Source: Candidatus Heimdallarchaeota archaeon (GTDB taxonomy: Archaea > Asgardarchaeota > Heimdallarchaeia > Heimdallarchaeales > Heimdallarchaeaceae). Taken from it: a DNA stretch of 64,000 nt. Both the position numbers and the translations under genes were made by a program. The notes beneath the pieces are model-generated. The model made no database searches, had not been told where the DNA came from, and saw only the letters and a list, made by a program, of their open reading frames with translations. Positions 56,561 through 64,000 of this stretch are shown one piece after another; within the stretch, counting starts at the first letter, position 1; every line of letters starts with the position of its first letter. The stretch is taken from positions 512,001-576,000 of the forward strand of contig JAUVXV010000001.1 of NCBI GenBank assembly GCA_030603365.1, read 5' to 3'.

Positions 56561-57196
56561 CTAAATTAATCTATCTCGATGTGTTTTACATACCGGAGTG
56601 TAGACCTCTAAATCTTTGTCCTTGCTCTTATAGATCCAGACATTTAAAGCAAAAGCAGGTTTTCCACAGATAAAACAAGCTTTCTCATCATATATTGGCT
56701 TCTTTTTCCTAGGCATACGATTCCAGTGGTCCTTAAAATCCTCAAAATTATCTAGATACTTTTTATGTAGTATCTGGGCTTCTTCGTCTTCACTTGGTTT
56801 CTTTCCAGTTGAAAATACTATATAGCTCCAAATTGTAATTGAAAGCATATTTCCAAATGACTTTAGTGGAATAAAATGATATCCTGTAATATTTATTTGT
56901 TGAAAACTTTTGTCCATAATAAAATCTATCATGATATCTTTTTTGTGTGAAGTCTGACCTATGTCTAGTTGGTACTTTCTAGAAACTCTAACTAATCTCT
57001 TAGAAAGTTCTTCAAACAACCAATCTACAGTTTTTTGACTACCTTTTCTTCTGATGTTCAGAAATTTAATTTCCAGAATAGGAAAAGATATTGTTATGAA
57101 TATCTCACCCAAAGCTGCATTTGCCTTTCTAACTAGATAGTTATATAAACCAGATGGAAAAGTATATTTTTTTCTGTTAGGTTCCACTTCTTTCAC
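56561..57196 (-). CDS. Hypothetical protein with C-terminal C3H Zn finger
   Basis: CFICGK...PVCKTH. Confidence 0.65.
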   Translation of the reverse strand: MKEVEPNRKKYTFPSGLYNYLVRKANAALGEIFITISFPILEIKFLNIRRKGSQKTVDWLFEELSKRLVRVSRKYQLDIGQTSHKKDIMIDFIMDKSFQQINITGYHFIPLKSFGNMLSITIWSYIVFSTGKKPSEDEEAQILHKKYLDNFEDFKDHWNRMPRKKKPIYDEKACFICGKPAFALNVWIYKSKDKDLEVYTPVCKTHRDRLI

Positions 57197-57256
57197 GTTT
57201 AGATTAATAATTCAATAAAATAGGTGGAATACTAGCCTAAAAATTTAACGTAAGAA

Positions 57257-57586
57257 TTAGCTATCTTTTGCCGCTTTTTCAACAAGAGCTTTCAATTTAT
57301 CTCGCTTTGCACCAATTAGTGAATTGAAAGGTTTCCCCTCTTTGAAAACAACAAATGTTGGAAGACTTGCAATCATATGTTTTTGAGCAAAAGCTGATTC
57401 TGTATCCATGTTCATACGTACAAATCTTATCTTACTGGAATATTGCTCTGATAATTGTTCAAAATATGGTTCAATTCCCCTACAAGGACCACACCAAGGT
57501 GCCCATGTATCTACAATGATTGGCCTGGTTTCTGATTGTAATATTGCTTCGAATTCATCAAAAGTCACGTCAGGTACTTTTCCCAT
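57257..57586 (-). CDS. trxA: Thioredoxin
   Basis: WAPWCGPC, IASLPTF. Confidence 0.95.
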   Translation of the reverse strand: MGKVPDVTFDEFEAILQSETRPIIVDTWAPWCGPCRGIEPYFEQLSEQYSSKIRFVRMNMDTESAFAQKHMIASLPTFVVFKEGKPFNSLIGAKRDKLKALVEKAAKDS

Positions 57587-57800
57587 TTTTTTATCACTCT
57601 GCTAAATTTTCTGCTATTTCATTTGCTTTTTAAAGCACTAGTATATAATTATTAGTTTCATGAGAATTTTATTAGAAATAAAAGTTTATGTAAAACGACC
57701 AAAAGAAGCAAAGTTTAAGTATATACTTTTGAAGTCTAAATAAGTAAATTTGTGATAAAAGAATACATGGAATCACGAGAATAAAAGGTGTTTAGTTTTT

Positions 57801-59822
57801 ATGGTCTCCCGAATATTCGATGATATTAAGGAAGAAATAACTAAGGTTCTGAAAACCGAATATAAAACTGATTTAGAGTTAATTTGGACATTTCCACGTT
57901 CCTCTGAATTAGGAGATATCAGTTTTCCTTTGTTCAATCTCTCTAAAAAATTACAAAAATCTCCCCAGGAAATTAGTAATTTTATACTAAAGAATTTCTC
58001 TTATCTTGACATAATCGAAGATATATCTCTACAAGGTGGTTTTCTTAACGTTTTTCTAAAGAAAGATAAGTTTACATCAAAAATCATTCAAAACTTGTTA
58101 AAACAGGATCAATATGGAACTAGCACCTTAAAATCACAAGAAAGAATAATAGTTGAGCATACATCTGCAAATCCTACAGGACCATTACATGTAGGTAATG
58201 TTCGAAGCTCAATAATCGGAGATGTAATTGGACGATTATACAGATTCTTAGGAGCTAAAATTAATTTCAGGTATTATGTTAATGATTTAGGAAGACAAAT
58301 AGCTCCTCTAGTTATAGGATATCAGCTGGTGAAAGATAAAATACAACCGGATGCGAAAATAGACCTTTGGGTAGGAAAATTATATGCGGTAATGAATACT
58401 ATCTTGGAAATAAACCAAATAAAGGATTTACTGAAATCCAAAGGCTTCAATTTGAATAATAAGTATTCAAAATACGAGCTTAAAGAAGAGGAAATTGCCG
58501 ATTATATTCAGCAGATAAAGAATACAGACGATTTAGAAGAGCAAAAAGAGAAAATTATTGTTCAATTACAAAAATTACTAAGAATTCAATCCTCTCTTCT
58601 AGAGAGAATCCCTGATCTATACGATATTTTGTATACGCTGACTTTAGAGAATATTGAGGATTTGAGTTCACAAACAACTCTTTACGTTAAGAAGTACCAA
58701 GAGGGTAAAGATCAAGAAATTATACCTCAATTTAGAAACTTGACTAAAAAGGTTTTATCTGGTCATATTGAAACACTTCAAATGTTGAATATCTTCCTAG
58801 ACGATTATGACTGGGAATCTGAATATGCTTGGTCAGGAGAAGTGCCCTTAATTCTAGATGAATTAAGTAAGAAAGAATACCTTAAACATGACAATAAAGC
58901 TAGATTACTCATATGTGATAAAATAGCAAATGAGACATCTTACAAAAAGAAGTACAATATAAACTATGAAATACCTGATTTGATAATCGTAAATTCTGAA
59001 GGAATCTCACTTTATCCATGCCGTGATATCGTTTATCATTTGCACAAATTGGATGCGTTTGATGCGACCTACTGTTATAATGTAATTAGCAAGCAACAAC
59101 AATTAGCACAACAAGGTGTAAAATTAGCTCTCTATGGTTTAGGTAAGCCTGAAATTGCAGATAAAATCGAACACTTCGATTATGAATACGTGTCTCTTGT
59201 TGGTAGAAAAATGGCTGGACGAGAATTTGAATATGTTACTCCCGATGAACTTTATGAATTAACTCAAACGGAGATATACGAAATTCTCAAGAATCGTGAG
59301 TATTCTCAGAGCCAAATGGATGAGATAGCTCAAAAGGTGTCATCGAGTAGCATTAAATATCACATTCTTAAAATGGATCCACAAAAAGCAATAACATTTG
59401 ATGTTAAAAAAGCAGTAGACCCTAATGAAAATTCTGGGCCTTTTCTTCAATATTCATATGCAAGGGCGCTTAACATCTTACTAAAAGCTCCTGAAAAAGG
59501 AATAAATGTTCAAGAAATCCTTGATAATATTGATAAAATCGAAATGAAAATTGAGAAGGAAGCTGAATGGAATATTGTTAAGTTGATTGAAGAATTACCT
59601 CATATGTTGATTAAATCTTTAAAGACTCTAAAACCTGATTCAGTTGCGAACTTCTCATATTCATTAGCTTCAGCATTCCACAAATTTTATGATGCATGTC
59701 CTGTACTTGTTGTAAAGGATGAAGCAGTTAAACAAACAAGAATTCTTATCGTATATTCTATAGTGAAATGTTTAGAAAGTTTATTTGAAGTAATGGGAAT
59801 TGATGTTTTAGAAAAAATGTAA
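57801..59822 (+). CDS. argS: Arginine--tRNA ligase
   Basis: VEHTSANPTGPLHVGNVR, YVNDLGRQ, KMAGR, GPFLQYSYAR, FHKFYDACPVL. Confidence 0.97.
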   Translation: MVSRIFDDIKEEITKVLKTEYKTDLELIWTFPRSSELGDISFPLFNLSKKLQKSPQEISNFILKNFSYLDIIEDISLQGGFLNVFLKKDKFTSKIIQNLLKQDQYGTSTLKSQERIIVEHTSANPTGPLHVGNVRSSIIGDVIGRLYRFLGAKINFRYYVNDLGRQIAPLVIGYQLVKDKIQPDAKIDLWVGKLYAVMNTILEINQIKDLLKSKGFNLNNKYSKYELKEEEIADYIQQIKNTDDLEEQKEKIIVQLQKLLRIQSSLLERIPDLYDILYTLTLENIEDLSSQTTLYVKKYQEGKDQEIIPQFRNLTKKVLSGHIETLQMLNIFLDDYDWESEYAWSGEVPLILDELSKKEYLKHDNKARLLICDKIANETSYKKKYNINYEIPDLIIVNSEGISLYPCRDIVYHLHKLDAFDATYCYNVISKQQQLAQQGVKLALYGLGKPEIADKIEHFDYEYVSLVGRKMAGREFEYVTPDELYELTQTEIYEILKNREYSQSQMDEIAQKVSSSSIKYHILKMDPQKAITFDVKKAVDPNENSGPFLQYSYARALNILLKAPEKGINVQEILDNIDKIEMKIEKEAEWNIVKLIEELPHMLIKSLKTLKPDSVANFSYSLASAFHKFYDACPVLVVKDEAVKQTRILIVYSIVKCLESLFEVMGIDVLEKM

Positions 59823-59834
59823 AGGTTTGATTGA

Positions 59835-60845
59835 ATGCCAAATAAAGATATGATTTATGGTGGATTTGACCCGTCATTTATTGACATTGATATTCAACCC
59901 ATTGACTCTAAAACAGATAAGCTAATAGCTAAATTACCAGCGTTAGGCTCACATCACACATCAACTGATATCATTTTTCGACCAGGGGGTAATGGTTTCA
60001 ATCTATGTAGAACACTAGCTACTTTAGGAAGACCAGTCACTTATGTGGGGCCATCTTCACAGTTATTTGAAAATCTTTTAAGAGAAAAAAATATCCCAGT
60101 GCAAGTTAAAGCAATAGAGAATTCTGAAGTAAACTTCACTGGAATACTCAATCTTCTAGACGGAGAAATTCAGTTCAATTCTGTCAAGGGAAAATTATCT
60201 GTTGATTCATTATCGGAAGAACTGGTTAAACTTTACAGAAAAAGTCCCTTGAAATCAATAAGTAATGTGTCTTTGAACCCCTCTTCAATCGAATGGATTA
60301 GTTCTCTTGTGTTAAGTTTGTGGTCTAGTGATATTTTAGAAATTCTTCATGAAGGAGTACCTCCCTTAGACCTACTACAAAAGAGTGGTGAAACATCATT
60401 TGAAGGTGTAATGTTTATAGATCCATCAGATATCACCAATTTTAAACAAAAAGAGGAGTTTAGATTATTTCTTCTAGAATTAAAGAAATTGGAAGGAGAA
60501 AAATATCTTTCCGTAAATGAAAATGAATTAAGATGTCTTTCTGAAATTTTCTCAAACTCACCACAACAATTATTTGAGCTTCTTGAATTACCCATAATAT
60601 CTCATTCTGCAGAGGAAGTAATTTACTATGGGAAAGAAAATATCCGATTAATTTCAAAGCAATTAGAAACACAGAAAACCTTTGTGGGTGCAGGAGATTG
60701 CTTCAATGGTTCCTTCCTACATTCAATTTTTGATGACAATTCTACTGAAGATTCTTTGGAGTATGCGATCGAAGCCGCTTCATATCTGATTGAAACTGGA
60801 GATTATCCTTCAGCATTACATATCTCAAAAAGAATAAATACGTGA
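59835..60845 (+). CDS. PfkB/ribokinase-family carbohydrate kinase
   Basis: PGGNGFN, VGAGDCFNG. Confidence 0.8.
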   Translation: MPNKDMIYGGFDPSFIDIDIQPIDSKTDKLIAKLPALGSHHTSTDIIFRPGGNGFNLCRTLATLGRPVTYVGPSSQLFENLLREKNIPVQVKAIENSEVNFTGILNLLDGEIQFNSVKGKLSVDSLSEELVKLYRKSPLKSISNVSLNPSSIEWISSLVLSLWSSDILEILHEGVPPLDLLQKSGETSFEGVMFIDPSDITNFKQKEEFRLFLLELKKLEGEKYLSVNENELRCLSEIFSNSPQQLFELLELPIISHSAEEVIYYGKENIRLISKQLETQKTFVGAGDCFNGSFLHSIFDDNSTEDSLEYAIEAASYLIETGDYPSALHISKRINT

Positions 60846-60902
60846 ATACAAGTACTTACTAAAACAGTTCTCGTAGCAAAATTAATGGAAGAATGCTAAA
60901 CA

Positions 60903-61937
60903 ATGTCACTTAAAGTTGAAGATTCGAAAGAATACAAGGAAATTCAGAAACGGATTGATCTACTACAACTTCTCAAATTGTACTATGGTTCTGGAGCAAA
61001 TTTCTATGATTTTGATACAGGAGATATTCCTCTGAGAGAACTGATTGCTTTTATGTCTGATGAAGGCTATCCAAGAAGACTTCCTGAAGCTGATCATGTT
61101 CTTAAAAGAATGGATGAAGAAATAATAGCTTTAGAAAATGAAAAGAAAAAGATGAGACTCCAAGAAATGGAGTCAAGGAACCTGAATTCACTTCTGATAA
61201 TAACTTCTTGGACAAAATTGATTAATACACCAAACAAAGGAGTTTTTCTAGATAAACCAGTGGTGGATCTTCGAAGAGATACTATTGTAATGCTCACTGA
61301 TGAAACTCAAACCTTCAAAGAACTTACAGATGAAAGAATTGCTGTGATATTTGGACCAGGGTTATATTTCTCTGAATTTGCTGTAGATAGAGGAAATTAT
61401 TTAGAAGATTCCCTTGAAATAAACGGTGTATGTTTACCATTAGACTTGTTAGGTAAGATTTATACTGCAGACAAAATTTACCATTCTGATAAGATTGATG
61501 CTACTATTACAGAAGTATCAACAATTCTACCATTTCATATACTAGAACAAACTGAATCTGTTCAAACATATGTAAAAGGAATCATAAGTCGTAATGTATT
61601 TCTTCCCAATAAAACTGCAATAGAGAAATTTAATCAACATATTATGGACCCAGTTTCCTATGCTATTTCTGAGGGGTTTAAAATTATGTCTGCTCATCCT
61701 TTATGGTACAACAAATTACTTGTAGAACCAGATTATGAATTTAGGACTGGTAGTGGTAAGAAAGCATATAGTACGGCAGGTATAGGATCACTTTCAGGAA
61801 TGGTTCATAAAATCAAACCAATTATTTTTTCTTCTCCAGCTAAAGAAAGAGAACAATTAGAAAGAATTTCAGAAATTGTTAAACAATATAGAGAAATGGG
61901 ATACCCTCTTCTGAAAGCATGGATACCCTCTTACTGA
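60903..61937 (+). CDS. Hypothetical soluble protein
   Basis: 344-aa ATG ORF; no motif recognised. Confidence 0.75.
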   Translation: MSLKVEDSKEYKEIQKRIDLLQLLKLYYGSGANFYDFDTGDIPLRELIAFMSDEGYPRRLPEADHVLKRMDEEIIALENEKKKMRLQEMESRNLNSLLIITSWTKLINTPNKGVFLDKPVVDLRRDTIVMLTDETQTFKELTDERIAVIFGPGLYFSEFAVDRGNYLEDSLEINGVCLPLDLLGKIYTADKIYHSDKIDATITEVSTILPFHILEQTESVQTYVKGIISRNVFLPNKTAIEKFNQHIMDPVSYAISEGFKIMSAHPLWYNKLLVEPDYEFRTGSGKKAYSTAGIGSLSGMVHKIKPIIFSSPAKEREQLERISEIVKQYREMGYPLLKAWIPSY

Positions 61938-61940
61938 TTG

Positions 61941-62465
61941 TTAGAGTATAGTTGATGAAGCTATTTCCTCTAATACTCTTTTTTCAATTACTAGAATATC
62001 CTCTTCACATTGATATTTCAAACTTAAATCTTTGATGCTAAGAATTGGGAATTTGATCTCAATTAATTTGTCGTCAGAAAGATTCAGTTGCTGCATGAAG
62101 TTTTCAACTTCTTCTTTGTTTTCTTCTTTCTCTCCTCCGAAGGCTATTATCATAACCATCTCACTAGTTTCATTTATACCATATATTTCAAGAGCACTCG
62201 ATATCTGCTTTTGTCCTGAGATTCTCAATAAGAACTCTGTCCCAATATCTCGAGCCTTATTTCGATTCTGTTTGAAAGCTTTCAAAGTATGATAAATTGA
62301 AACTAAAATTTGTTTTTCGCTTACAATGAATTTTGGATTAATAATCTGTAAATGAATCTCCTTATTTTGTTTTAATTTTATCTTCTTCAGATAATTATCA
62401 ACATCAATAGGGTGAGAAGGATAAAAGGTTTGATAATGAAAGTTATATTGCTCTTCATTATTCAT
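61941..62465 (-). CDS. cgi121: KEOPS complex subunit Cgi121
   Basis: QIINP...HTLKAF...NKARDIGTEFLLRISGQKQISSAL-YGI. Confidence 0.85.
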   Translation of the reverse strand: MNNEEQYNFHYQTFYPSHPIDVDNYLKKIKLKQNKEIHLQIINPKFIVSEKQILVSIYHTLKAFKQNRNKARDIGTEFLLRISGQKQISSALEIYGINETSEMVMIIAFGGEKEENKEEVENFMQQLNLSDDKLIEIKFPILSIKDLSLKYQCEEDILVIEKRVLEEIASSTIL

Positions 62466-62473
62466 TCGAAATA

Positions 62474-63997
62474 TTACAGCTCCTTAGGACCACGTATGAT
62501 ATCTAAAATCATCTTTTCCATATCTATTGGTTGAAAATCAGAAGCTGCAAGTTTGGCCGCTGAAGAAAGTCTACCTTCAGAAGATGAATGTATCTCAAAA
62601 AGGGTATCACCTTTCTTAAATCGGTCTCCTCTTTTTACCTTCAGATGAACTCCTGCTGTTTTATCTGTGGGAGCTCCTGCTTGTCTAGCTAGAGTGGAAA
62701 TAGCAGCACTATCTACGGCATAAACTACACCATCAGTGTTTGCTGTTATACTTTCAACATAATCTGCTCTTGGTAAATCATCTATTGCAATATTTTCATT
62801 GCCCCCCTGAGCTACAACAATTTCTTTGAATTTAGTAAAAGCTTTTCCACTTCTTAATATCTCTTCAGAGAATTCGAATCCATACCCTCTTGGACACCAA
62901 TTATGGGCTTCAAATATTATGCCTGTGAGTGAAAGAGCTTTTCTCATTAAATCAGCACTACCGGTTTGATCTGTTAATATTTGAAGAACATCTCTTGCTT
63001 CCAAAGCTGGTCCTATCATACTTCCTATAGGTCTATCACCAGGACTTATGATGCAGTCAAGTTTGATTTTCAAAGCATATCCGATAGAGATAAAGAGACT
63101 TCCAAGTTCTTGAGCGTTTTCTCTGTGAACTACCTTTGCTCCTTTGCCGGTAGGAAGATCAATAAGTACGTAGTCAGATCCCGCTGCTATTTTTTTAGAC
63201 AATATGCTTGCAACCATAAACTCCTTAGGATCAATTTTTATTGTTTCTAAAACTGATATGATTTTATCAGAAACATCTGCTAATCCTACAGTTTCACCAC
63301 TTACTATACACCCTCCAGTGGTATCAACAACATTAATCATTTCTTCGAGTTTAAGTTCACATGGCATTAACAGTTCTACAGTATCAATTGTTCCTGCTGG
63401 TGATGTTATAGCTCTTGTTGAAACCTTAGGAACTGTTAAACCTGCAGCTGCTAAAATGGGGACCATAATAGGTGTAATTCTATTCCCTGCAATACCACCA
63501 ATACTGTGTTTATCAACAACTGGTTTTTTCTTTAGATCAATAATAGTAGAATTATTTATAATCGCTTTAGCTACAGATGTAGTTTCTTCAAGAGTCAATC
63601 CTTGAACTTGAAAAAGTGACATTAAAACTGCAATTTGTGTAGGATGCATAAGATTCTTATCTATAGATTCAAAAATTGAATTGATATCGGGTTCCTTTAA
63701 TTGTTCTCCTCTCATTTTCTTATGAATTAAATGAATGATATGTTCATTTGTTAAATCTTTAAGAACAATTTCATCTCCTTTATGCATTCCGTGCTCTTCT
63801 GCTACGATACTTGATATCCCAATAGTATTTTCAGGATATTTATCACTAGTATATACTTTTAAACCAAAATTGAATGGTGAAATTTCTATTAATTGACCTG
63901 GTAGAATTTCATATTTTTGTGCTAAATCATTATTAATAAACATGTATTCTGGCTCTGAGTCTAACATTTTTTCTATTTTTACAACTAATTTTATCAT
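62474..63997 (-). CDS. AMP phosphorylase (archaeal thymidine-phosphorylase family)
   Basis: N-terminal beta-barrel extension; DKHSIGGIAGN, PKVSTRAITSPAGT, ASILSKK, IGPALEARD, ARQAGAP. Confidence 0.9.
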   Translation of the reverse strand: MIKLVVKIEKMLDSEPEYMFINNDLAQKYEILPGQLIEISPFNFGLKVYTSDKYPENTIGISSIVAEEHGMHKGDEIVLKDLTNEHIIHLIHKKMRGEQLKEPDINSIFESIDKNLMHPTQIAVLMSLFQVQGLTLEETTSVAKAIINNSTIIDLKKKPVVDKHSIGGIAGNRITPIMVPILAAAGLTVPKVSTRAITSPAGTIDTVELLMPCELKLEEMINVVDTTGGCIVSGETVGLADVSDKIISVLETIKIDPKEFMVASILSKKIAAGSDYVLIDLPTGKGAKVVHRENAQELGSLFISIGYALKIKLDCIISPGDRPIGSMIGPALEARDVLQILTDQTGSADLMRKALSLTGIIFEAHNWCPRGYGFEFSEEILRSGKAFTKFKEIVVAQGGNENIAIDDLPRADYVESITANTDGVVYAVDSAAISTLARQAGAPTDKTAGVHLKVKRGDRFKKGDTLFEIHSSSEGRLSSAAKLAASDFQPIDMEKMILDIIRGPKEL

Positions 63998-64000
63998 ATA

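Noticed and set aside
58380-58700. Helical insertion in ArgRS as a possible intein
   Set aside because: No intein terminal motifs (C/S start, HN-C/S/T end) or LAGLIDADG signature; it looks like an ordinary variable helical insertion.
387-63605. Numerous short (60-136 aa) ORFs in the track that overlap longer genes (e.g. 938..1135, 6196..6606, 22842..23135, 48617..48883, 63204..63605)
   Set aside because: Antisense or alternative-frame shadows of well-supported genes, with no recognisable motifs.
1-64000. tRNA/rRNA genes, mobile elements, Sec/Pyl read-through or frameshifted genes
   Set aside because: No GC-rich cloverleaf or rRNA-like stretch, no transposase/integrase or terminal repeats, and no adjacent ORF pair that looked like one interrupted protein was seen by eye. 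tRNAscan-SE and ISEScan would confirm.

Overview
AT-rich (about 30% GC by eye), gene-dense archaeal chromosomal window. I found no rRNA, tRNA, CRISPR array or transposase/integrase. Archaeal housekeeping genes are present: PheT tail, KEOPS kae1/bud32/cgi121, TFB, SepF, archaeal AlaRS and ArgRS, PriS/PriL, DinB, XPD-type helicase, DnaJ-Zn-finger RecJ, GlnA, PdaD, CofE-family, FolP and AMP phosphorylase. They are mixed with many eukaryotic-signature proteins: roadblock/LC7 and longin domains, an Rpn11-like JAMM protease, a RING protein, a eukaryote-like primase and a Site-1-protease-like subtilase. This points to an Asgard archaeon, probably Heimdallarchaeia (inference). The best candidate for an undescribed system is the 7.7-14.7 kb locus. 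It holds three divergent paralogues sharing an unannotated ~125-aa roadblock-like C-terminal domain, two of them with longin-like N-termini, and a fourth, more distant paralogue lies at 46.8 kb. The locus also encodes a Zn-ribbon membrane protein, a long acidic disordered protein, a protein-kinase-like enzyme and a tail-anchored JAMM isopeptidase. Other notable items are an 8x winged-helix + Zn-ribbon + RING protein, a dinB-priL-priS run with eukaryote-like primase, a TPR-nuclease-longin-roadblock operon behind a GC-rich structured leader, a B12-type radical SAM gene coupled to kae1, and a cofE-folP coupling. All family calls come from motif recognition by eye, and reference motifs are recalled from memory. 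No database searches were run.
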